Assembly: GCA_963717505.1 (NCBI GenBank)
Contig: OY970342.1
Coordinates: 160,001-224,000, forward strand
Direction: 5' to 3'
Origin: Candidatus Eiseniibacteriota bacterium
Lineage (GTDB): Bacteria; Eisenbacteria; RBG-16-71-46
DNA length: 64,000 nt
Shown: positions 28,476 through 38,539 of the stretch, one piece after another
Position numbering within the stretch: position 1 is the first letter of the stretch
Layout: every line of letters starts with the position of its first letter
Translations under genes and position numbers: made by a program
The notes under the pieces: model-generated
Seen by the model: only the letters and a program-made list of their open reading frames with translations
Database searches by the model: none
What the model was told of the DNA's origin: nothing

Positions 28476-29456
28476 CTACCTCCCCTGCTCTTCGCCCGGA
28501 TGAACGGTGTCTGCGGGCGCCCAGAATCGACTGAACTTGGCCCACCAAGCCCCAACGACTTCAGGCGCGGGAATGCCAGGCTTGTCGTAGAAGGTGATGT
28601 ATTCGCCACCCGTTCGGGCCAGAATCCGCTCGTCTTGTGTCGAATACATCAAGGCTTCCTGGACTCGTTCGCGCACGAACGGATTCGGGTCCGCGATCCG
28701 ATCGACGAGTACCGGCACGACCCCGGGGCCCATTCTTCCCAGTCTCTCGGAAGCGTCCCAGAAGACGATCTCGACTTCGGAACAGCCACCGATCGAGTAG
28801 AAGGATGTGTCGGGGAGTTTTGCGACGTAGTGCGCCAGCGTATCGGGGTCGATCTGCAGCTCGCTCGGACTGAATGCAACCAAAATTGGTGTCGGCTTAG
28901 GTATCCCGACGGCCATGACGCTTTCGGCCCATGCCTGCCCTCGCGCCATCTCCGCCCGCTGCGCGACGCCTCCGGGCCGATCGACCCAGCGTGAGAACTC
29001 CAGAGTGCCCTGATGGGTTTCGAGGCTGTCACGCAAGACTCGTTGCCGAAGCATGGAGGCCGCCTGGTCCGCAAAGCGCGCCGCCCGCTTCCTGCCGGGA
29101 GAACCCGAACGCATGCCGACCACCCACACGTCCGGGTAATGCCCGGTCGCGGCCGACGCTTCCCGATACATGCGCCCGAGCTGCGGAGGCGCGAACGTGT
29201 CGTGCTGAGGAACGTCGGGGTGCCGAAAGGGGATTACCTCGATCGCTTTTGGCAGTCTCGAGCGAAGGAAATCAAAGAGCTCTTGATCGAACAGAACGAG
29301 CACGGCCGTGCTGTCCGGAATACTGGTCGACGCGATCCTCGCGGCCAGGACGCGCCATGGCTCCTGGCGCGCATGGCTGCAGGAGAGCATTCCGACGCAG
29401 GCCGAGAGCAAAAGAAAGGCAGCGAGTGCTCGGGCCTGTGGCATGGTCGCGCTCAT
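28476..29456 (-). CDS. Hypothetical exported protein/lipoprotein, possible C-terminal HEAT-like repeat
   Basis: Hydrophobic N-terminus ending GMLSC; 'VVPVLVDRIADPNPFVRERVQEAL'. Confidence 0.6.
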   Translation of the reverse strand: MSATMPQARALAAFLLLSACVGMLSCSHARQEPWRVLAARIASTSIPDSTAVLVLFDQELFDFLRSRLPKAIEVIPFRHPDVPQHDTFAPPQLGRMYREASAATGHYPDVWVVGMRSGSPGRKRAARFADQAASMLRQRVLRDSLETHQGTLEFSRWVDRPGGVAQRAEMARGQAWAESVMAVGIPKPTPILVAFSPSELQIDPDTLAHYVAKLPDTSFYSIGGCSEVEIVFWDASERLGRMGPGVVPVLVDRIADPNPFVRERVQEALMYSTQDERILARTGGEYITFYDKPGIPAPEVVGAWWAKFSRFWAPADTVHPGEEQGR

Positions 29457-29543
29457 CCCACTGGTTTTCGGCATCGGCCCGACGGTTTGCCAGCGGAGGC
29501 CAGGCGCCGACCCTACCACCGGGGAGACCGGCGGACTCTCGAC

Positions 29544-30233
29544 CTACAGCGCCCGCGCCCACTCCATCAGCAGATCCCGCTGCGTGAGATCGTCGAGCAT
29601 CAGATCGGGACCAAGGGCTTCCAGCTCTTCGCGACGCCGGGAACCCGTCGCCACCGCCACGACATGCGCGCCTGCGGCCCGCGCGCAGGCGATGTCGTGC
29701 TCGGTGTCGCCGACCACGACGCAGCGCGACGGCGACACGCCGTAGTCCCGCTCGAGACGCTCGACCGCCAGACAGGCGAGCGCATTGCGGTCGTGGGCTT
29801 CCTCCCCGTAGTTCCCGAAGCGAAAGCGATCAGCAATCGCGAAGTGCTCGAGCTTGATGCGCGCCATGCCAGTCATGTTGCCGGTGAGCAGGCCCATCAC
29901 CCAGCCCGGCTCGCGCTCGATCGCGTCGAGCACCTCGGGGACTCCGGCAAGCAGCCGGCCTCGCCCAGGAACGAGCCGAGCCCGCATGTGCACGAACACC
30001 GACTCCCAGAAGCGCTCCTCTTCGCCATTCGCGAACTTCTGGCCGTGCTTCTTCAGGATGTCGGCGAGGATCAGCGGCTCGGTTCGGCCGGCGAAGGCGA
30101 TGTCGCGCAGATCGTCGGCGGTGCCGAACTGATCGGCAACGGCGGCGGCGAATGCCTCTCGCGCCGCACCTTCGGTGAGCAGCAGCGTGCCATCGACGTC
30201 GAGCAGCCAGGCGAGCCTGGCGGGGGTCGTCAC
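29544..30233 (-). CDS. HAD-family hydrolase (phosphoglycolate phosphatase-like)
   Basis: LDVDGTL, LLTGN, VGDTEHDI motifs. Confidence 0.88.
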   Translation of the reverse strand: MTTPARLAWLLDVDGTLLLTEGAAREAFAAAVADQFGTADDLRDIAFAGRTEPLILADILKKHGQKFANGEEERFWESVFVHMRARLVPGRGRLLAGVPEVLDAIEREPGWVMGLLTGNMTGMARIKLEHFAIADRFRFGNYGEEAHDRNALACLAVERLERDYGVSPSRCVVVGDTEHDIACARAAGAHVVAVATGSRRREELEALGPDLMLDDLTQRDLLMEWARAL

Positions 30234-30243
30234 TCGCGGGCTC

Positions 30244-31365
30244 TCACGGGCCCGCCGTCGCGCCGCCGCGGAAACGCACGATCTGATCCTTGAGGTACTG
30301 GTTCTTGGGATCGAGGCGCGCCGCGCGCGTTTCGACCTCGATCGCCTTGGCGGAATCGCCTGAACGAAAGTAGACCTCGGCGAGCGTGTCGAGGATGTCC
30401 ACGTTCTTGGGCTCGAGGGCGACGCCGCGCTCGGCCGCGAGTCGTGCCTGGTCGAGGAAGATCCCGCGCGTCGCGCACGACCAGGCGAGTCCGTTGAGCA
30501 ACGATGCGTCCTTTTCGCGCCGGGCCAGCGCCCGGTCGAGTGTCTCGCGTACCCGATCGCGCTCGACCGCCGCGAGATCTTCACGGCCGGCTCGGTCGTA
30601 CTGCTCGGCGTATTCGAGGTGAGCCGCCGCGCCGTGGAAGCCTTCGTGGATCTGCCACACGCGCCGGATCTCCTTGATCGCGTTCGGATGATCTTCGACG
30701 CGCAAATCCACATAGCGATGGGCGTGCTCCGGACGACCGCCGGGACGCACGACGATCAGGGCCGCCGACTGCATGCCGCGCTTGTCGCCACCGGCGGCCT
30801 GACCCGCCTCGAGCGACGCGATCAGACGCTCGGCCAACTCACCCTTCGACTCCAGGAAGCCGCGGGCCATGCCTGAGGCCACCGCGGGACCCGCGAGGAT
30901 GTTCCCTTGCACCGCGAATCCGGGCCCGGTTTCGCCGCCCGCCCAGTCCATGCATTTGGGTCCGGTCCAGTTGGCCGCGCGACCGCGGGCATCGACCACC
31001 GCCACCTGACGCGACTGCCATCCCGCCGAGTCGTTGGCGGCCAACGCGCGCAGAACATGGTCCGCCGACATCCCGCTTCGGAGCATCGCCAGAGCCTGCG
31101 GCCCGAAGGACGGGTTGACCGACGCCTGGGTTGCGACGGCGCCTACGCCTGCCTCGGCCCACGGGACCACGAGGCCGACGCTGAAGTACTTGGATTGGAC
31201 CGCGACGCCCAACTCTTGAGTCACCGAGTCGTACGCCACGATCGAAAAAGTGGAGGGATCGTTACGCGCCGACGCGGTCGCGCACAGGGCCGCAAGCAGC
31301 ACCGCAGACAGAAGCCCGGTGAGCGACAGCATACGACGTTGGCTCGAATGTTTCGCGAGGCTCAT
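30244..31365 (-). CDS. Exported DUF1028 (Ntn-hydrolase-like) protein with C-terminal TPR
   Basis: Signal peptide; TFSIVAYD..LGVAVQS..GAVATQA, QGNILAG, AGGDKRG.QSAA, DLRVEDH; TPR LNGLAW..LDTLAEVYF. Confidence 0.85.
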   Translation of the reverse strand: MSLAKHSSQRRMLSLTGLLSAVLLAALCATASARNDPSTFSIVAYDSVTQELGVAVQSKYFSVGLVVPWAEAGVGAVATQASVNPSFGPQALAMLRSGMSADHVLRALAANDSAGWQSRQVAVVDARGRAANWTGPKCMDWAGGETGPGFAVQGNILAGPAVASGMARGFLESKGELAERLIASLEAGQAAGGDKRGMQSAALIVVRPGGRPEHAHRYVDLRVEDHPNAIKEIRRVWQIHEGFHGAAAHLEYAEQYDRAGREDLAAVERDRVRETLDRALARREKDASLLNGLAWSCATRGIFLDQARLAAERGVALEPKNVDILDTLAEVYFRSGDSAKAIEVETRAARLDPKNQYLKDQIVRFRGGATAGP

Positions 31366-31457
31366 GGGTTTGCTCCTGAAGCGATGGGCGTCCGTCGTGG
31401 TCGAGGGCGCCATGCTAGCATGGTGCTTCGCTCTGGTTCGTCCTTGCGAGGATCCCT

Positions 31458-32726
31458 GTGGATTTCGAGCCCCGTTCTCTTTCGTCACCTCGACTTCGGC
31501 CACCGGTAGTTGCGTTCCTCATGGCATGGATCGCGCTGCTGGCCATTGCCGCGTGCGCGGGAACAACCAGCGGCAAGGACGCACCCAAGACGCAACCGGC
31601 GCCGAGCACGAACAAAACTGCGCCCCCGCGCGTCGGGATTCCTGACCCTGCCCGGCTCACGATCGCCGAGTCCGAGATCCCGACCGACGCCGAGTTCAAT
31701 TGGTCGGTCACGCTCGAGATCGTGAACGCCGGCGACTCGGGCCTCTACCTGGACAGTTTGTTCTGTCTGGTCGAGGACCTCGATCCGGGCGAGACGCGCA
31801 TGCCGCGCAACCACACGCTCGACCTGCGATCACTGACCAAGCTGACGCCGTCACTGTCGGCCGGTGACGGCAACGTCATCCAGCACACCGGCCCCGCGAC
31901 CGCCGAGCACGCCAAGCTGACCTACACGATGCACTGTCATCGCTCGGTCGGTGCTCCGTTCACCTTGACCGTGGGCGTCGAAGCCAAGCCGGCTGGCTCG
32001 GCGGCCTATCCTTCGAAGCTCCTGGACGTCGACGGCCGCAAAGTCGAGTGCGTGCTGGTGCAGGCGCTGCGCGACACCGGGCGCGGTCCCGGCATCCTCA
32101 TGATCCACGGTCATGGGACGCACGCGCGGCACAGCATCCGGAGCGCGCGGCTGTTCGCGATTCGCGGCTACTCGGTGATGCTGGTGAGCATGCCGGGATA
32201 CGGCCAGTCGACCGGCCCCGCCGACTTCATGGGCCCGGCCACAGTGGCCGCAGCGGAGGCCGCGCTCGTTGAGTTCCGAAACTCGAGCAGCGTCGATCCC
32301 AAGCGCATCGTGGTCTGGGGGATCTCGCGGGGCGCCACCGTCGCCGCCGAGATGGCCGAGCGGGGCGGTGGCTTGCGCGGAGCAATCCTCCAATCCGGGA
32401 TCTACGACCTGTGGGCGACCTATCGCGCAACCAAGCTCCCGGGATTCCGCGAGGCGATCGTGGCCGAGGCCGGCGCCGACAGCGCCGCGTGGCGCGCTCG
32501 CTCACCCTTGCTACGGGCCAATCAGTTGAAGATGCCCATGCTGGTCCTCCACGGCGAGCGCGACGAAAACGTCCCGATTGCCCAGGCCCGCGCCATGGCC
32601 AGCGCCGTGCGCGCGGCCGGCGCCCCGGTCGATACCGTGTTCGCGCCCAAGTCCGCCCACGCCCTGGCCATCAACGACGTGAACCGGGCTGCGTTCGACT
32701 TCTTCGGTCGCGCTCTGGCGCCCTAG
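31458..32726 (+). CDS. Alpha/beta hydrolase (peptidase S9-like) lipoprotein
   Basis: IAAC lipobox; IHGHG, GISRG nucleophile elbow, LHGERDENVP, terminal His. Confidence 0.85.
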   Translation: MDFEPRSLSSPRLRPPVVAFLMAWIALLAIAACAGTTSGKDAPKTQPAPSTNKTAPPRVGIPDPARLTIAESEIPTDAEFNWSVTLEIVNAGDSGLYLDSLFCLVEDLDPGETRMPRNHTLDLRSLTKLTPSLSAGDGNVIQHTGPATAEHAKLTYTMHCHRSVGAPFTLTVGVEAKPAGSAAYPSKLLDVDGRKVECVLVQALRDTGRGPGILMIHGHGTHARHSIRSARLFAIRGYSVMLVSMPGYGQSTGPADFMGPATVAAAEAALVEFRNSSSVDPKRIVVWGISRGATVAAEMAERGGGLRGAILQSGIYDLWATYRATKLPGFREAIVAEAGADSAAWRARSPLLRANQLKMPMLVLHGERDENVPIAQARAMASAVRAAGAPVDTVFAPKSAHALAINDVNRAAFDFFGRALAP

Positions 32727-32905
32727 GGGAACCCGTGCAGAATGCCGCGACCGTCGCTGGGTCGCGGGGCGCCAGACCTCGACCACAGGCATCCTGGCCT
32801 GTCCGGGGTCGGCCTACGTGATAGACTTTCCCGGCGATGCACCCCCAGATTTCGCACCTCAGCCGATCGCGCCCCCTCCCTTCAGGCACCCGATCCCGGA
32901 ACCGC

Positions 32906-35431
32906 ATGCGCCTCAACTGGCTGGCGCGGGCCGCGACATTCGCCTGTGCGGTGTCGGCGCTCACCCTTTCCGCGGGATTGCTCGGGGTTGCTTGGGCTCA
33001 ACCCCCCGCGCTGGTCGAAGTCGACCTCGCGACCGACCACACGCTGCGAGACCTGTTGCGCGCCGGGCTCGATGTCATCGACCTTCACGATGGCACCGCG
33101 CGCATCCTGGCTCGTCCGCACGATCAAGAGCGGTTGGCGAGCATGGGGCTGACCCCTCGCGTCCTCGATCACGAGCCAGGTCGCACGCTCGCAGCTCGCA
33201 CGCGCGCCGAGCTGGCGGCGCGACCGGCGGCGAAGCCGGCACCTGTACGCGCTGCGGTCGAGCCCGACGGCAAGTTCCGAACGCACCTGCTGCCGCCCTT
33301 CGGCTCCGGTTCCATGGGCGGGTACTGGACCACGGCCGAGATCAAGATGAAGCTCGATTCGCTGGTCTCGACCGATACGCAAGACCTGGTCGCGGGCAAA
33401 GTCGACACCCTCGGCTATTCGCGGCAGAACCGTCCGGTCTGGGGGCTCAAGATCGCCAAGGCGGTCGGCGGCACCGACACGCGCCCGGTCGTGTTCCTGA
33501 ACGCACTGACCCACGCGCGCGAGCCCGAGAGCATGCAGGCGATCTTCTATTTCATCGACCACCTGATCTCGAACTATGGCGCCGATCCGTTCGCCACCCA
33601 CCTGCTAAACAACCGCGTGCTCTACATCGTGCCGCTGGTCAACCCCGACGGTTACGCGGTCAACGAGACCACCTACACGCACAGCGGCGGCACGGCGTTC
33701 GGCTTCTGGCGCAAGAACGTGCGCGACAACAACGGTGGCGGCTGGGACGAGCTGAACGACGGTGTCGATATCAACCGCAACTTCGGCTACAACTGGGGCT
33801 TCGACGACGAGGGTTCGAGTTCGGAGCGCATCTCCGACGCCTATCGCGGCCCCTCGGCGTTCTCCGAGCCCGAGACGCGAGTTCAGCGCGACATCGTGGT
33901 GGCGCTCGACCCGGTTACCAGTTTCTCCGTGCACACGTTCATGGATCTCTTCCTCCATTCCTGGGAGTACGACGACGTCCCCGCTCCCGACGCGGCGGCG
34001 CTCGCGGAGTGGACGGACGAGATGACACGCAAGAACGCGTATCTGGGCGGGCGCGCCGAACGCATCCTCTATCCGGTCAACGGTGGCTTCAACGACTGGG
34101 CCTATGGCGACGTGGCGCTCAAGCCGCGCTGCTTCTCGTTCACCCCCGAGATCGGAAGCGCCAACGACGGCTTCTGGCCGCCACCGTCACGCATCGTGCC
34201 CCTGGCCGAGGAGATGCTCGAACCGTTCTACTACATCACCGCCATCGCCGGCCCCCACATGCAGACCGACGGCATCGAGCTGGTCGAGGGCGCGATGAAC
34301 GCCGGACGGCTCACGAATCTCAGAGTTCGCGGCCGCAACGTGGCCGCCCAGGGCACCCCCGGCCCGGTCGTGTATGGCGCGCTGATTGCGCTCGATGCCG
34401 GCGCCAACGTACTGAACGGCAACGTCAACTATCCGCCGTTGGCGCCGCGCACCAGCGCTCATTCGTTCTCACCGTTCCAGGTCGCTCTCGACGACACCGT
34501 GACCCCGGGACGGCTCATGCGCTTCGCGATTCACTTCACCGCCGAGAACATGGTCAGTCGCGACACGATCGTGGTGCCGGCGGGCACGCCCACGATCCTC
34601 TACGCCGACGGGGCTTCGACCGGGCTCGGCAACTGGACCGTCGTCCCCACGGGCACCTGGGGCATCGTTGCCAACGACCCGGCGCATCCCAGTGCCTACT
34701 TCGAGGAGAGCCCGGCCGGCGAATACACACCGAGCGCCAACAGCCGCCTGACGCTGACCCCGGCCCTGAACCTGGGCGTCGTGGTGCACGCCTACGCGTT
34801 CTACGACGCGGTCTGGGAGTTCGAGGAGAACCAGGACTTCGGCGTGATCGAGGCCAGCACCGACGGCCTCACGTTCAACGCGGTTCCGGCCACGGGGACG
34901 ACGCCCGGCAGCGGCCTTGGTTTCCAGACGCTGGGCTTACCGGTTTACGCGGGTTCGCGCCGCACCTGGCAGCCCGAGATCGCGGACCTCTCGGCGTACA
35001 CGGGCGCTGGCAAGACCGCAGTCCGCCTGCGCTACCGAGTGCGCAGCAACACCGATACGAATTTCGACGGTCTGGCGTTCGACTCGCTGCGCATCGCGAT
35101 TTACGACCCGGCGAGCCAGCCGGGCCCGACGGCGGTCGGCGATGGCCCGATACCGGCGGCGCTCGAGCTGTCGGCGGCACGGCCCAATCCGGCGCACGGG
35201 CTGACCACCTTCGAGTTGGCGTTGCCGCAGGCGGCGTCGGTGCGGCTCGAGATCCTCGACCTGCAGGGCCGCCGCGTGCGCACGCTGGTGAACGATCGGC
35301 TGTCGGCTGGCCGCTTCGTCAAGGGCTGGGACCTGACGCGCGACGATGGACAGGTCGTGGCGCCAGGTGTGTACCTCGCGCGGCTCTACGGGCCCGCGGG
35401 CGCGGTCACGCGCCGCGTCGTTGTGTTCTAG
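32906..35431 (+). CDS. Secreted M14 zinc carboxypeptidase with C-terminal FlgD-Ig domain
   Basis: HARE, NPDG, WRKN, GVDINRNF, SVHT, FTPEIG; C-term PNP..DLQGRRVRTL..PGVYLARL. Confidence 0.92.
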   Translation: MRLNWLARAATFACAVSALTLSAGLLGVAWAQPPALVEVDLATDHTLRDLLRAGLDVIDLHDGTARILARPHDQERLASMGLTPRVLDHEPGRTLAARTRAELAARPAAKPAPVRAAVEPDGKFRTHLLPPFGSGSMGGYWTTAEIKMKLDSLVSTDTQDLVAGKVDTLGYSRQNRPVWGLKIAKAVGGTDTRPVVFLNALTHAREPESMQAIFYFIDHLISNYGADPFATHLLNNRVLYIVPLVNPDGYAVNETTYTHSGGTAFGFWRKNVRDNNGGGWDELNDGVDINRNFGYNWGFDDEGSSSERISDAYRGPSAFSEPETRVQRDIVVALDPVTSFSVHTFMDLFLHSWEYDDVPAPDAAALAEWTDEMTRKNAYLGGRAERILYPVNGGFNDWAYGDVALKPRCFSFTPEIGSANDGFWPPPSRIVPLAEEMLEPFYYITAIAGPHMQTDGIELVEGAMNAGRLTNLRVRGRNVAAQGTPGPVVYGALIALDAGANVLNGNVNYPPLAPRTSAHSFSPFQVALDDTVTPGRLMRFAIHFTAENMVSRDTIVVPAGTPTILYADGASTGLGNWTVVPTGTWGIVANDPAHPSAYFEESPAGEYTPSANSRLTLTPALNLGVVVHAYAFYDAVWEFEENQDFGVIEASTDGLTFNAVPATGTTPGSGLGFQTLGLPVYAGSRRTWQPEIADLSAYTGAGKTAVRLRYRVRSNTDTNFDGLAFDSLRIAIYDPASQPGPTAVGDGPIPAALELSAARPNPAHGLTTFELALPQAASVRLEILDLQGRRVRTLVNDRLSAGRFVKGWDLTRDDGQVVAPGVYLARLYGPAGAVTRRVVVF

Positions 35432-35440
35432 ACCTTCGGC

Positions 35441-37726
35441 CTAGTTCCCGCGCACACGCGCGGACACCGGAGCGGCCGCCGGCGACTCCGGCGTCATCCC
35501 CCAAAGCTGCTGGAGCACGAAGTCGACCACCGGGCGCATCTGTGAGTACCGGATGTCCCAGAGTCCGAACCCTGAGAACGTCACCGGTCCGCTCTCCGAA
35601 CCGTGGTAGTGGGTCATCACGATATAGTTCGGCGGCAGCGGATCGGGATCCAGCAACGTGGGGGAACCCGTTGCGCGGTAGAGCGTGTCGAGCACCGACG
35701 TCGATTTGCCACCGATGTCTTCAAGTATTTGGTTGTCCGCGCGCAAGTACTCGATGCTGGCGACCGCGGAGTACGGACGTGGGGGCGGCCACGGGTCGGT
35801 GGCAACCGTACGCAGTTGCAGAAGCGACGGTAGGACTGCGTACCGTGGATCGGCTTCGTTCCGTCCAAGAGACCGGGGGAACGTCACAAGAGGCTTGGCG
35901 ATCGTGAACTCGGACCGCCAGTGCGCGAACTCCCACATGAAGCGCCCCGGAACCAACTCGTTCCGGCCCGAAATGCTGGAGTAGGTCTTTGTGGGGAAGT
36001 CGTTGTTCCGGTCGTTGTAGGGATCGGTCGACGCGTAGCCAGCGCCGCCGCCCGCGATCCACACCGAGCCACCCTGCTCGATGAAGGCCGCGAGAGAATT
36101 GTATCGCCCCTGTCCGCTGACCAGACGTAAGAGAGTAGTCGGGTCCACGGGATCCGTCGGGGGTTTCGGGTTCCCCGCGCCTGCCAGATCGATCAGCCAG
36201 ATCACCCTGCGATACTGGGAGAGCACCGAGTACGGGATGCCACGCGCATCCAGGCCGCGCGTCCCCAGCGTGTCGAATCGATACCCGGCAAACAGTCCCG
36301 GCGGGCTGAGCGTGCCCGCGGGCTTGCATCTCCAGGGAACGCCGCCTCGAGCGTACAAGGCGGTATCCAGTTCGGAAGCCATGGGCCACGGCCCTGACGG
36401 CAGCAGCGGGCAGGATTGTCCCGCGGCAAACGCGTCACCGCGGAACCGAGTGTCGTCCACGATCAACAGCTCACGACGGTCCGGCAGAGGTACTGCCGGG
36501 ACGACGACGATTTCGACCTGCGCCAGAGAGATGTTCCCGAGGTTGTCCCCGGCCTCGATGTAGAAGTTGTGCCTTCCCCGCTTGAGCGACCCGGTGACGA
36601 ACGGGCCCACCGTCGCCGAGGTGACCCCGAGATTCCACTCACTCCAATGCTGGAAATCGTCCGGCCCCGAGCGGGGTGTCTCGTCGAAGATGTCCTCGAT
36701 GTCCAGAGCCCACCGGTATCCCGTGACGTTCGTGCCCAACGACGGAATCGCATACCAGTTGAACGTGACCGGCGTCTCGGCGGGTGTCTCCAGCGGGATC
36801 GCGTAGCCCAGTTCAACACCGGGGAGCACGTACTCGTAGTTGAAGGACTCGTTGAACACGCCCATTCGCGGCCCGACTTGCACCTCGCCAAACCCAACGC
36901 GGATGCGAGTCATGTTCGTGGTGAAACTGAAGACGGGACTGTAGTCGCCGGCTTCGTCGAACGCGATGACGCAGAACACATAGAAGTCACCAGGGATCAA
37001 GTTCGTGAAGCGGGTGGTGTCCGCGGCGGTGGAGTCCCAGCCCGCCCACGGACCCAGCGGGTGGTTCGCGTAGTAAGTACGCAGTGAGTCGGGGTTGCTG
37101 ACGGCAAGCCAATGTGGGAACTCGCTGGATGAACTCAGCAATATGTACTTGTACTCAACGGGCTCCTGTGTGTAGACGCCGTCCGGGTCGGAACCATCCC
37201 ATCGGAACGTCACTGTCGATGAAACCAGGAACGGGAACGAACTCGGTGGTGGACTGGTCAGCATGATTTCGGGCGGAATGTTGTCGCCGTAGAAACCCGA
37301 CGCGCCGTATCGGCGACCTGGCGCCCAGGTCGTCCACCGAGCGTACGGACAGGAACCGCAGCGTTCGCGTCCCGGTGGCATCCGGCGGTAGGGATCTCAA
37401 ATCGATCGTCCGTTCGCGCTCGTTCGTCTCGCGTCCAAGACTTCCCTGCCTAGCGCGGCCTCCGACTCCAGCGACCACTCGAAGTGGGTGACCTTGCCGT
37501 CGGCATCCTCGCCACGCCACGCGACTCGCAGGAGGCGCGCGCCCTTGCTTCCGCTCGCGCGTAGCGGCTCCAGTTCCAGCGTCGGCTCCTGATTCGCTCG
37601 CAAGAGGGTCGCCGGCGAACGATCGCAACCGGTGAGCCCGACCAGCAGGGCGCCGACCATCGTCCCGGCGGCAGTCAGCAGGTGAAGCCTCAACCCGGTC
37701 CGAATCCTACTTGTGCGCTCAGTCAT
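35441..37726 (-). CDS. Large hypothetical lipoprotein with Ig-like modules (split by apparent extra bases near 37294 and 37434-37438)
   Basis: LTGC lipobox; recurring 'WxGxDxDG' modules in both ORF parts; three frames join into one coherent protein; total span divisible by 3. Confidence 0.7.
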
Positions 37727-38441
37727 GGTAGCGACTCCTCAGCTGACCCCAGCTGGCGCGTGCGATCGGCACCACGCCACAGCCGGTGGTCCCGACGTAC
37801 ATCGACGGACGCCCCGGGAACAGCAGCTCGCACAGGTCGTCCTCGTGCTCCGGATAGTGGTTGTACGCCGCGCACGGCTCGCAGTCGCCCGAGGTCACGA
37901 GCCGCGGGCGCTGCGCCACGCCCGCGCACTCGGCGGGCAACTCATGGAACTCGACCCGCAGAAACGCCTCGCCAACGAACGCGCACTCCGGAAGGGGTGC
38001 ACGAAACTCGATCCCTCCCGTGCGCGAACCGGAGAGATCGGCTTCTACGGGTTCGCACAGCACGTTCGCGGGATCCGGGACCCGACAGCCCTCGCCCATG
38101 GCCGCGACGATCGAGACGGTCACGCTGGGCGTGCACGGGGTTTGAAACTCCAGCACGATCGCGGCGTCGACGACGTTGGCCGGTGCCCCCGGACCGCAGA
38201 CCTCACAATCCTCGGAGCGCAGCAGCGTGTAGTAGACGTCGCCGGGCGGTTCGAGGTAGTTGACGGTCCACATCCGCTCCGATTCCCCCAGCCCGCAATC
38301 GTTCTCTGCGAGCCCGAGGGTCGGAACTTCGTGGGCGGCGGTGGAAGGCAGTGGCTGCGGTTCGGGGGGTGGTTTCTTCGCAGTACCGGTGGCCGGGGAG
38401 GCCACGAACAGCATGAAGCACAACAAAAAGTGGGTTCGCAT
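37719..38441 (-). CDS. Cys-rich secreted protein with C-terminal SWGQLRSRY tail
   Basis: Signal peptide; many Cys; AAGGAG RBS; stop overlaps start of next gene. Confidence 0.75.
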   Translation of the reverse strand: MRTHFLLCFMLFVASPATGTAKKPPPEPQPLPSTAAHEVPTLGLAENDCGLGESERMWTVNYLEPPGDVYYTLLRSEDCEVCGPGAPANVVDAAIVLEFQTPCTPSVTVSIVAAMGEGCRVPDPANVLCEPVEADLSGSRTGGIEFRAPLPECAFVGEAFLRVEFHELPAECAGVAQRPRLVTSGDCEPCAAYNHYPEHEDDLCELLFPGRPSMYVGTTGCGVVPIARASWGQLRSRYHD

Positions 38442-38539
38442 TTGCGGTCTCCTTACGAACCCGGTCCAACCGAACTATGCACAGGCGGCGGAGTGATCGC
38501 AACAGGAATATACTTGCCTGCGGTCCGCCTGGGAGAACC